In this document: piece after piece, positions 44,634-55,228 of the stretch | How the letters are laid out: every line of letters starts with the position of its first letter | Position numbering within the stretch: the stretch's first letter is position 1 | NCBI GenBank assembly: GCA_964019335.1 | Contig: OZ025720.1 | Span: 186,001 to 250,000 of the forward strand | Length of the DNA stretch: 64,000 bases | Direction: 5' to 3' | Source: Diplonema japonicum | Taxonomy: Eukaryota; Protista; Euglenozoa: Diplonemea | The notes under the pieces: generated by a model | Database searches by the model: none | Seen by the model: only the letters and a program-made list of their open reading frames with translations | What the model was told of the DNA's origin: nothing | Translations under genes and position numbers: made by a program

Positions 44634-45267
44634 TTATTCCTGCTTGGCTGCTTCCCTCTCTTTCTGCTTCTTCTGCGCCTGGAAACGGGGAAATTTTTTT
44701 TTGTCCCAACACATTTATTCATACCTCAGTGTAAACTTGTGTAACGAACTTGTCGAAGGCAAGCATTGAAGTTTTGTAGATCTCGATGGACCGCTTCAGG
44801 GTGTCTTTGATCATTTCGTCACCGCTGTCGACGGGCAGGAACTGGTCCATGTGCATGATCATCACGGTGTTCCCCGGCTCCTTCGTGTTCTCATTGTCCT
44901 GGATAGAGACTTTAGCAAAACGGTAACGCTGTTTTTTTTTTTTTTTTTTTTTTTATTTTACCTGGTTCCAAGTGTTGACAATGGGCATATCACCAAGTTC
45001 GGTGTGCGGGCTATTCCATGCCGAACGCATGACCAGTGTGTCGTGGTCAGACCAAGCCATGTCAATGATCTTCTTGTTCCCCTTATCATCATCCAAGGTC
45101 AAGTACACAGAACCGTTTTCTCTCTCCGTCGGATCGTACGCCAGCTCTCTAATAAACCTCCCCAGGGAGGACCTCTCCAGCCTGGAGATCTTTCTGGGCA
45201 TCTGGGGGATCTTTAGCTCGCTTGCCACCATGGTGGCGAGACCGAGAAACAGGGCTGTTCGCATCAT
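44634..45267 (-). CDS. Signal-peptide-bearing YbjN-like domain protein; exons 44962-45267, 44725-44928, 44634-44678
   Basis: Phase-0 introns 44929-44961 and 44679-44724 give an open frame; NTWNQRYRFAKV resembles the YbjN core motif. Confidence 0.65.
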
Positions 45268-46458
45268 TTTTTTTTTGTTTTTTTGTTTTTTGTTGTTGTT
45301 TCTTCCTGTGGTGTTTCATGGGGAATGATTTTAAAAAAAGGAAAGAGGTGGGGGGGGGGGGGGGGGGGGGGATGTACGGGGAATGGGAAGAAGAAAAAAA
45401 AAATACCCGGAGTGACAAATTAAAAAAATCTTCTTCATTCTTTTTTTTTTCTCTTACCCCCCTCCCCCCCCCCCTTGATTGTTACAAAAAGAAAAAAAGA
45501 AAAAAAAAAGGGTATTTTTACTACCAAAACAATACCCATAGTGTGACATAGGCTCAGGTATGGTAAAAATGCTGAATTAAGAAGAAAAAAAAAAGGTATA
45601 GTGCTCAGGGCAGAAACAACTTTTTTTTTTTAATTTTTTTTTTTTGTTTCTTTTTATATTTTTATTTTTTTGAGAAGATTTTCTGCTAATAGGTGTATGC
45701 TTTTCCTTTTTTTTTTTTTTTTTTTTTTTTTTTCAAAATACACAGTTTGCTTTACGCAGTAAGCATTTCTCAGCCGGACCAAAAGAGTCGACCTCTCTTA
45801 GAGGAGTTTGCTCTCCGACAACAACAAGGTCCATAACAGGGCAAACTTGGTCAAAAATATTGCAATGATTGCGCATGAAGCAAACTGTTTCAAATTTAAA
45901 GCAAACAGTGGATTTGAAACAGAGGCATATAAAACACCTATTCAGAAGTTTTCTCTTTTTTTTTTTTTTTTCCTTTTTTTTTTTCCCCCTCTAATGTTTC
46001 ACACTTCACGATCTGGCCACGTTCCTATTCAGCAAGAAGACGGGGAAAAAAAAAAAAAAAAAAAAAAGAGATGATAACAAAAAAAAAAGGTTGGGGGAGG
46101 CCACATAAACGAGGGGAAATAAGTACTCGATGGCCCAACATACGTCTTAAAGAATGAAAGAAGGAAGAAAAAAAAAAGAAAACTAACACGCTCTCTAGTG
46201 ATAAAAGAATCCTGTTTTTCTTTTTTATTCGAAACGACATCACGTGTATGCCAACGAAAGGGGGGGGGGGGGGGGTTGAGTTTTGTGCTTCCGCTCCTTC
46301 CCCTTCTTTCTCTCTCTCTCTCGCTTTTTTTCTCATTCTTTTTTATTTCTTGACCATTTTTTTTTTTTTTTTTTAATTTCTACAAGAAGCAATTTTCCAT
46401 TTTTTTTTTTTTTTTTTTTTTTTCCTTTTTGGCTGCGACTTGTGGTAGTATATAAAAG

Positions 46459-46492
<34 letters not shown>

Positions 46493-46568
46493 AAATTTTT
46501 GTAGGAAAAAAAAAAAAGAGCCTCTTGCGGGTCTCGAACACAAAAAAAAAAAAAAAAGAATTCTACTC

Positions 46569-47144
46569 TCAAATTGAAGTATAAGGACCATTATCGGTAT
46601 GCGTGTGGTGAAACGGCGTCAGCGTATCCAGCTTCGGAGCGTAAGCGACCATCAAAAACCCAAGAATGAACGACATCCCCCAAAAGGAAAAGGTGCCCAT
46701 CAAGAAAGACCCAACTACTGGACCCGCGATGAAACCAAGCTGGATGGCTGTCGTGGCCAAGGATTGTACGGCAGTGGACCCACCGTGCCGGCGGGCCGAC
46801 ACCTCCGAATTTATCGCGGGACAAGTACCGTCGATCAAACCCATTCCGAACCCAGTTCCCATGAAGGAAATAACGTTCAAAAACAGCCCATGCTTAGGAC
46901 CCAACGCAAAAAACGCCCCTTGCATCACAAGACCAATCTTCACAATCGAATGCCTGTCAAACCCAATCGTGTGCATGTAAGGCCCCACAATTGCGGAGGC
47001 GATAATTGTAGGAACGGTGGTCCACATGTACATGAGACCAACACCAGCTGTGTCAAGACCTAGATATTTCATTCCAAATGACCCGAAGGTTGCCTCAAGA
47101 GCTGAGATCCCAGCGTTTGCAAAGAACAACGCTCCAACCGTAAC
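46569..47144 (-). CDS. MFS transporter (SLC18-like), C-terminal half; 5' part lost in the gap
   Basis: Six TM segments; GFGMGLIDG and LGFIAGPVVGS motifs. Confidence 0.82.
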   Translation of the reverse strand, partial: VTVGALFFANAGISALEATFGSFGMKYLGLDTAGVGLMYMWTTVPTIIASAIVGPYMHTIGFDRHSIVKIGLVMQGAFFALGPKHGLFLNVISFMGTGFGMGLIDGTCPAINSEVSARRHGGSTAVQSLATTAIQLGFIAGPVVGSFLMGTFSFWGMSFILGFLMVAYAPKLDTLTPFHHTHTDNGPYTSI

Positions 47145-47344
47145 NNNNNNNNNNNNNNNNNNNNNNNNNNNNNNNNNNNNNNNNNNNNNNNNNNNNNNNN
47201 NNNNNNNNNNNNNNNNNNNNNNNNNNNNNNNNNNNNNNNNNNNNNNNNNNNNNNNNNNNNNNNNNNNNNNNNNNNNNNNNNNNNNNNNNNNNNNNNNNNN
47301 NNNNNNNNNNNNNNNNNNNNNNNNNNNNNNNNNNNNNNNNNNNN
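47145..47344. other. Assembly gap (200 N placeholder)
   Basis: N run. The true size must be larger, because it has to hold the end of one gene and about half of an MFS gene. Confidence 0.98.
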
Positions 47345-48495
47345 TCCTCATGTAGTTCGGCAACTTCTTGCATTTCAATATCCTCAAACTCAGGTTCGGG
47401 GATGGGAGGTGGCGTGGATTGTTCCTCCTTCACAGAACCGTACTTCCTGTTTACCTCACCGGCCATACCAAGAAAGGCCTCGTCTCTCCAAAGAGACATG
47501 AGATCAGAGTCAGATTCTAAAATATTAGGTATGCACAGACCATGGTCAACGGAAAGACGGAGGAAAGATAAAGCAGAAGCAGTGTTACATGTAAGAGCTT
47601 CGACACAGGCCATGTTATAGTTGAAGAGAACATCGTCGGGCGCAACGCGTAAACCGTTTTCAAGGAGCTTCTTGGCAGCGCAGAACTCGCTGAGCCTAAT
47701 GTGAGCAACGGCACTGGTGTTGATGAAATGTTTCAACTCCGGGATGTCCACATCGAAGGTGAGCTCCTCACCTTCAGACGATACTTTCACACACCCAGGC
47801 AGATTCGGGTCGCTGTAAAAACCCTTCCCGAAAATATCCTCCAGAATCGTGATAACAGTGTCGGCAGGAGGGTCCTGCGGCACCACCACCACCCCGGCAG
47901 GCAAGATATCCACCGTTTCAATTCCTTCCTTAGCAACAACCACCACCTCGTGAGACAGTTCTGTGGACGTGAAATACCTGTCAAGACAGTCTGGCTGGCG
48001 AATAATCCATTCGTGGCCTGAGAAGGTAGCTTGCTTAATAGTTGTGTTAGGTTGTATTACATTGTAGAGCTTCTCTCCACCCTTGGAGTCTATCCAGAAT
48101 AGTTGAGCTGGTTTTGATGTTTCGTTTCTGAAGAAGATGGTGATTGGAACGGGGCGTTTCTTCGATTTTTTCTTGCTACGCTTTGTGGTGGTGGTGGTGG
48201 TGGTGGTGGCGGCTTCGATGTAGAGCTTCAAAGGAGTCTCGCGGCCCATTTCTTCCCACACCCTTACGGCCTCGCACCATTCCGGTTCTTCAGTGACATC
48301 GATGAGGTCTCCCTCGTCGTCAAGATACCTGAGCTTGTACTCGCTGCTGTAGGTGGATATGAGTTGCCTTAATGCTGTCAGGTCGCAACTCGATACAGAG
48401 AGCCTCTTGATTTCCTGGACTTCACCGCATTTGTGAAGGTAGAACTTCAAAGGAAGGCTGTCTACCATAGGCATCGTGTTGATTGCGTGTTGCAT
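47345..48495 (-). CDS. PB1 + VHL beta-domain + TPR protein (3' end in the gap)
   Basis: PB1 OPCA motif YLDDEGDLI; VHL-like FRNETSKPAQLFWID...TFSGHEW; TPR-like YNMACVEAL. Confidence 0.8.
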
Positions 48496-48991
48496 TTTTT
48501 TTTCTCTTTATTTTTTTCTTCCCCCCTTTTTGTGCGACAATGTGGGTTTTTGTGCGGGGGGAGGGGGGGCGATATAAAAGGAAAGCAAAAAAAGAGGGGG
48601 GAAACAAAAAAAACACACTGTACTCTTTTAACTATGTCCACTTACCTCTCCCCCCCCCCCCCCCCCAGCCGTCGCTCTGTTTTTTTTATTCTTTTTTATT
48701 ATTATTATATTTATCTGAACACCCGCAGTACGCGTTTTGCCCATTTTTTTTTCTCCCCCCCTTTTTTTCTTTTTTTTTTAAAAAAAAAGAAAAAAAAAAG
48801 GGACGAAAAGGGCAAACAATAAAAAAAATTGAACGTTTGCTAGATGTACCGAAAAAGAAGAAAAAAAAAAAGAAGAATAAATAATAATAATAAAAAAAAA
48901 CCAAAGCGCTATTTTTTTTTTTTTTTTTCTCTTAAAAAACCTATGGGAGGGAATGGGATTGGATAAAAAAAGAGCGAGGGATGTTATGAAA

Positions 48992-49053
<62 letters not shown>

Positions 49054-49111
49054 GAATTCAAGCGCGGAATGCGAGGATTTATTTATTTATTTATTTTTTT
49101 TTTAAACCTTT

Positions 49112-49984
49112 TCACAGGTTCTTGACCCCACCGATCTTGTGGGAGTTCCTCTTGTGAACAGCGACGGCCTTTGCTGACCAGTCCTCGAACTGTTCCAAGC
49201 CCTCCTTCGACAGTGACGCCTTGAATGCAGCCTGCCCCTCCTCGTTCATGGGGAGGTAAAGCCCAGTGAACATCTCAATGAAATCATACGTAAACCCGAG
49301 CTCATCCTCATCCGTCTGCCCATCCCACAGGTCGGCAGAGGGCGCCGCCTGCAAGGTGTTCTCAGGGACTTTAAGGTACCTACCCACCTTAAACACTTCC
49401 GACTTATGCAGGTCAGAAATAAGCTGAACATCAACAACCCCATCGCCAGCCTTGCAGAAGTAAGCAAGGTAACCATCTTCGTCTTGGTTTCCAGTGCCCA
49501 TCACAATGCAAGGAGCGCCTTCTTGAGACATAAGCTGAGCCACGTAGTACTGAGTGGGGGCTCTCATGTAAGATCTCAGCTGGCCCTTTGCGAAAGCCTT
49601 CCCTTCGATGTTGGCTGCCTTTTCAACGATGGCTGCGAGTTGAGTGTGGAGTTCTGTCTGGTCTGCTACCATTTCTTCGGCGCCGCATGCTGTGATGTTC
49701 TCTTTGCCCCTTGCGAGGGCCCAGTCGCTGCTGTGGATGGGCTGGCAGAGACCGGCAACCCTCTGGATCACGCTGCCTTCCTGTTTCTTTGCGTGGGTGC
49801 ACAGAGCAAGGGTTACCGCGCTGTCCACACCTCCTGACACGCTGCATACGCATGCTTTGAGGCCGCAGTCCTTCATGTATTTGTTGAATTTCGCACACTT
49901 GTCCTCCGTCCACTTCGCGGGGTCAAAAGCACGCTTTGTGCGGTACTCCTCAAGCTTGGCCTTCAGGTCTGCGTGGAGAGACAT
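49112..49984 (-). CDS. nadE: NH3-dependent NAD+ synthetase (no glutaminase domain)
   Basis: SGGVDS PP-loop, GTGNQDE, KAGDG, LHKSEV and PSADLWDGQTDE motifs. Confidence 0.93.
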   Translation of the reverse strand: MSLHADLKAKLEEYRTKRAFDPAKWTEDKCAKFNKYMKDCGLKACVCSVSGGVDSAVTLALCTHAKKQEGSVIQRVAGLCQPIHSSDWALARGKENITACGAEEMVADQTELHTQLAAIVEKAANIEGKAFAKGQLRSYMRAPTQYYVAQLMSQEGAPCIVMGTGNQDEDGYLAYFCKAGDGVVDVQLISDLHKSEVFKVGRYLKVPENTLQAAPSADLWDGQTDEDELGFTYDFIEMFTGLYLPMNEEGQAAFKASLSKEGLEQFEDWSAKAVAVHKRNSHKIGGVKNL

Positions 49985-50747
49985 TTTGTTTTCCTCTTTT
50001 TTTTCCCCTCTTTTTTATATTTTTTTATTCTTTAGAAGGAAAGATATAAAAAAAAAAAAAAAAAAAAAAAAAAACGAATTATATTTTCAGCACAGCCTCA
50101 TGTTTTGTGTTCAGTTCCAAAGCGGGGGCACCGCCGCCCCCGAGCACGGGGCCCAACGGCTGACCAGGGTGGCTGATCATCCATGATATCTTCTTCTCGA
50201 TATCTGGGTCGGAAGGTACATGCGGCATTTTTTTTTTTTTTTGTTTTTTTGTATAAAAAAAGGTGTAATCTGGGTGATCTGTGTGTTTTCTTTTTACCTT
50301 TCAGTTATCAGATAATAAAAAAGTGGGGGGGGGGATCTAAGTGTGGGAGAGAGAGAAAAAAAGTTTTACAAAAAAAAAAAGCCAACAGGGTGAGTCCTCT
50401 GAGCGCTTTATTTTTTCCCCTCCCTTTTCCGCCACCCATCCTTCTTCCTTTTTTTTTCTTCTCCTTTCTAAGAGTCTCTCTCTCAGCAATAAAGAAGGAA
50501 AAGGGGAGGGGGAAACATGTTAACAATTAAGAAAAAAAAGTGAGGGGGGGGACGAAAAAAAATTTTAAAAAGAAAGTCTAAAATACAAAGAGAGGACAGG
50601 AGGGGAAGGATTTCCTTCTTCACTTTTTTTTTTTTTTTTTTGAATTGAAGAAGAAAACTTACGTTGACAAGTGGTAAGAAAAAAAAAATAAAAGAGAGAT
50701 TCAACTACTAGACTATTGGGAAGAAGGGAAAAGCAGCGATCTACAAA

Positions 50748-50833
50748 TACTGTAAAACAAATAATCCCGCAAGAAGAAAGTCCGATAATACGTTTTCCCC
50801 TTGGGGGGGAGGGTTTGTTTTATAGCATACAGT
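50748..50833. mobile_element. Tiny degenerate MITE related to the pogo elements
   Basis: Begins tactgtaaaacaaataat, like the TIR at 40706; ends tttgttttatagca. Confidence 0.45.
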
Positions 50834-51342
50834 ATAAAAAGAATTAAAATAAAACAACAACGAAACGCTTGCTAAGGTAGTGATGGTGAATACTGTGAAC
50901 AATCAAAAAAAAAAAAAACCTTTTTTGAATGTTTTCGTTTTTTTTTTTTCTTCTCTTAATTCTTTCTCTTCTCAACACACTTTAAATTCCATAGGCAGAG
51001 AGGTGGAAAAGAAAAGAAAGAAACAGTGAAAAAAAAGCAAAACTCTTTTTTTTTTTTTTTATGAATAACCTCGATACAGCTTCAAGTGCAGAGGAATGGG
51101 GGGGGGGGGGGGGGGACATGGGAATTTTTATTATGGGGGCTTTTCTTTCTCTTCTTCTTCTTTAAAATTTTCTTTTATTGCAGTTTTTCATCTTTTTCTT
51201 TTTTATTTTTTTATTTTTTTCAGCCAGCCCAAAAAAAAAAAAAAAAACAAAACAAAACAAATCAAAAAAAAAATATCATTTATTATTGTCCACTAGTCCG
51301 TCCGACAGTCCTTCCCCCCCCCCTCCCCCATCCACTTTTTGT

Positions 51343-52419
51343 TTAATGCAAAAAAATATCTGCAATCTTCTTCAGGACCCCCCTGTCTTTCTTCTCACAC
51401 TTCTGTTCGTGAAGGATTTTTAACAGATCTGGTCGAGGAGGCTTAGCGGCTATTTGAAGTGCGTGAGATCCTTGCTGGCAGCTTAAGTCAAGAGAGGCGC
51501 CCTTTTTAACCAACCACTTCACAACACTCGGCTGGTTCCCCACAATGGCATAGTGCAAGGGAGTGGCCCGCGTTTCCTCACCAGGCGGGGCGGGGAGCAG
51601 AACATGTGCGGTGCTCCCGTCAGAGTCATTCTTCAGCCTTTTAACCCCAAGCCTCTGCGGCTCGCTAATCTCAGCAGTCGGCTTAGTCTTCACATACCCC
51701 AGCGCGTTGAGAACCATTCCATCGTTCTTCAAAAGGCTCTTCACCACATCCAAGTTCCCGTTATAACATTCATTCCAGAAATGTGGTTCAGGCCATGTGA
51801 CGACCCTTGGAAGGTCAACTACAGGGACAGCTGTAACAGGAAGGCCAGTGAAGACACCGGATATGGCATGAGCGGCTTCAACTGGGGCGTTGTTCCCAGA
51901 ACAGGTAACCTGTGCAAAGGGGTACAACTCATCGAAGAGGTTGTGCTGTTGTTGTTGTTGTTCGATTCTGTACTGGGCTTCTATTTTTTGTCTGATCTCT
52001 TTCTTCATGGTGGACCACATCTGGTACACGGTGTCGGAGACGGATTCTGGCCACGGGAGGATGGGCTCGAAGACGAGTTCTGCGGCGGCGCATTTTTTTA
52101 TAAATGAATTTCTCTCGTCCTTGTGCCACAGCATGCAGCGTTCCTTAACTGCGTTGACCACCTCTCTGGACCGTGCTGTTTTGTCCAGGCCGAGAGACGC
52201 TCTGTAATGGCCTCCTTCTTCCCATAGTTTTTTTATTCCTCGGTATTCTTTTACGTCTCTTCGCATGATGGCGTAGGTGGCCTTCAGCTCGGTCCTGGTG
52301 TCCCGCTTTGCTTGTTGGTTATTGTCCTTCTTCTTCCTCCCTCTTTCTTGCTCCGATCTGTTTTTTGCCACCTCAGCAAGCGGGCGTGAGCGTCCCGAGG
52401 TGGTTGGCTGGGCAGGCAT
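51343..52419 (-). CDS. Ankyrin-repeat-containing protein
   Basis: TPLHYAIVGNQPSVVKWLVKKGA motif; start placed at MPAQPTT. Confidence 0.78.
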   Translation of the reverse strand: MPAQPTTSGRSRPLAEVAKNRSEQERGRKKKDNNQQAKRDTRTELKATYAIMRRDVKEYRGIKKLWEEGGHYRASLGLDKTARSREVVNAVKERCMLWHKDERNSFIKKCAAAELVFEPILPWPESVSDTVYQMWSTMKKEIRQKIEAQYRIEQQQQQHNLFDELYPFAQVTCSGNNAPVEAAHAISGVFTGLPVTAVPVVDLPRVVTWPEPHFWNECYNGNLDVVKSLLKNDGMVLNALGYVKTKPTAEISEPQRLGVKRLKNDSDGSTAHVLLPAPPGEETRATPLHYAIVGNQPSVVKWLVKKGASLDLSCQQGSHALQIAAKPPRPDLLKILHEQKCEKKDRGVLKKIADIFLH

Positions 52420-53479
52420 TTTTTTTTTTTTTAAACCCTTTTTTTTTTTTTTTTTTTTTTTCCTTTCAATATCCCCTGTTTCCTCCCACCCCCGCCCCTT
52501 CTTCTGTTTTTTATAGTTGTTGAAATTTGGCCGAAGTGTGGAGGGAAGGGAAAAAAGGTCAGCAACAGAACGAAACAAAAAAAAAAAAAAAAAAAAAAAC
52601 AAACAAACAGATAAAAAAAGAGGTGAAAAAAAAAAAAAAAAAAAAAACGTTGTTCCAGTAGTTTTAATCATATTTTATTCTGCATTAATCTCTGTACTTT
52701 CTCTTTTTTTTTTCTTCCTGAAAAAGAGTGCAAGGGTACAGACAGACACAAGAGACTAGCTAAGCTTGGCGAAGCTTATACAAGACTTCATGACAGAACA
52801 TTGGGGGGGCTTTACCTTTCCTAGCCCGCTGAAAACATGGAGAGTGAATTTAAAAAAGAATTGTTGGAAAATTAAGTAAAAGTGAAAGGACAAAAAAAAG
52901 AAAACCCCGGTAGCCACAGTACTTTCAAAAGGTTAAATGTATTGTACATCTTTCAGAACATGATTTCTTTTTTTTTTTCTTCTTTTTTTTTTAAATTCGT
53001 GTTTGAACTAATGGGGAAGAGGAAGAATTAAAAAAAGGGGGGGGGGAATCATCAAAAGTTTACAATAAAGGAGTAAATTTGAACATTTCCTTTATTTGCA
53101 TAAGCCCCCCCCCCCAACTCTAAATTTTCTCTATCTAGGTTAATAATAATAAAAAAAGAGAGATAGAAGTTTGACTGTTTGTGTTGCTGTTAAAGCTGCC
53201 CCCTTTGGTACGATTTCCTTTTTTTTTTTTCTTCTTTCTTTTTTTTTTTTTTTTTTTGCTTCCTCAGCTGAGGAATATTGCTGGGAATCACGGCCGTCTC
53301 AAAACGGGTTGTCCCCCCACCCCCATCGCCAAAAAAAAAAAAAAAAAAATTAAGACAACAAGAAAGAGTTCGAAACCGCGAGGGTCAGACTCAAACCACG
53401 TTATCATTTGTACTTTTCGAGCCGTCACTCGGGTCCCCCCCCGAATATAACACAATGAAGGCCTTGCCTTTTTTTTTTT

Positions 53480-54001
53480 TTACATCACAAGACAGCAACA
53501 GTCCCCTTCACCCGGGGTGGGGGTGTAGTCATGGCAGATGGCCACAGAGGTGTTCTCCTCTTGCGCGTTGAGGATGGCGTCGTGCCCGCGCTTCGTGTAG
53601 CGGTTCGCACGTAGATCTACGAGGGTCGCTGTGGCGTTGCAGAGAAGGGCCTCGCTGATGGCGCAGATGCCCGCATCGCCAAGCCGGTTCCCGTAAAGAT
53701 CGAGACTTGTGATGCAAGTGTCGTTTTGCAGGAAGAGGGCCAAGTCAGCCCCTCCGATGTCTGTGATCTCGTTTTCGCTTAAAATCAATGTGTCCACATC
53801 GCACTTCACCTGCACGTCCTGAAGCAGCAACAGCAGTGCCGCGTCAGTTACCCCCAGGTTGCTGACATCCACCTCTTTCTCCGCTGCAGCAACCCGTGAC
53901 CTCACTTCTTTCGCCAGATCAAACTCTGGTCCGCGCTTCTTTTCCCTCACAGCCCGTGTTAGCAGCTCCTCAGCTTCTTCACCGCCTTTCTTTTTCCCCA
54001 T
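53480..54001 (-). CDS. RNI-like leucine-rich repeat protein with C-terminal CaaX
   Basis: L.L..N.I.D.G repeats; ends CCCLVM. Confidence 0.85.
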   Translation of the reverse strand: MGKKKGGEEAEELLTRAVREKKRGPEFDLAKEVRSRVAAAEKEVDVSNLGVTDAALLLLLQDVQVKCDVDTLILSENEITDIGGADLALFLQNDTCITSLDLYGNRLGDAGICAISEALLCNATATLVDLRANRYTKRGHDAILNAQEENTSVAICHDYTPTPGEGDCCCLVM

Positions 54002-55043
54002 TTTTTTTTTTTTAAAGGACTCCCTGAGGAATGGAGGGAATATTAAGGTAAAGGGGGTAATAAATAAATAAATAAATAGATAAAAAAGCTTCTTGGGAGA
54101 AAGGAACGAGAGAGAGGATAGGTGGTGGCGAGGAAACTTTTTTAGGGGGGGGGATATAAAAAAAAAGAAGAAAAAATCAGATTGTTAACCCGTCTGGTAC
54201 TACACAATTAAAGGCCGCTTTTACAAAGACCAGCCAAAGAAAAAAAAAAAAAAACACACACTTTGGACTCAAAAAATCCATAAAGGCGTCCCAAAGGGGG
54301 ATTTCCGAGGTGTAAACTCACTGTTTGGAACAATGTGCGGAAGATTTTGAGTCGCTGTATATCGCATTGGGTAGTTTTCTTTTCATTTATCATCCATATC
54401 CCCCTTTTCTTTTTTTTTCTTTTTTTTTCTTGCCTGCTTTTCAAAGCGAAAGGGGAAAATGCCCGATAAAAACACCAAAAAGGATTTTTGTTTCCCTTTT
54501 TTTTTCTCGTTCTCTTTCTAATGCGTGCAAGGGGGGAAAAAAGAAGGGGGGGGAAGACATGCGCGGCTCTAACTGTGTTGATATCGTTATCAGAAATCAT
54601 ACTCTTCTTTTTTAAATTATTTTGTTTCCAAATTCCTATTTTGACAAAAAACCCAAAATAGAGGCCATGCACTGTTTTTGAAAAAAAATATATAAGCATA
54701 CCACAAATCGTGTGGTAGTGGTCCAAAAAATGACAAAAAAAATCTTAACAAAAGGGGGGATTCTTCAATGAAGGGATATCTCTAAATCTTATTTTTTTCT
54801 CTTTTTTTTTTTTGTGCGTGTGTGTGTGTGTGTGTGTGTGTATGTGGTTCCCAAAGCATTGGAGAAGTAGGGGGGAGGGGGGAAGAAAAAAAAAAAGACA
54901 AATTTTAATCTCGAAACAACAATTACGTTGAATGCCTTACTTTTTCCTACCCTCGTGGTAACCCAGGCAAAATTCCATTCTACTTGCTTCTACAAGGGCT
55001 GGAATGGAATTAATATCGGCTTAGGCCCATTCTAATCATAACA

Positions 55044-55100
<57 letters not shown>

Positions 55101-55228
55101 TCTTGCCAAAAGTATTATACAAAACGAAGCAGCTCCAATTTTTCTTTTGCTTTTTTGTTTGTTTTTGTTTTTGAAGTCGAAACAAGTTGAGTGAATAAAA
55201 AATAAATAAATAAAAAGGAAACAAGAGT

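Noticed and set aside
46569-48495. ORFs reading through the N gap as single fusion proteins
   Set aside because: Artefact of translating Ns; the two sides are different genes (MFS and PB1-VHL-TPR).
54186-54750. piggyBac-like MITE (TTAA-CCC start)
   Set aside because: The right end is too degenerate to support TIR or TSD calls.
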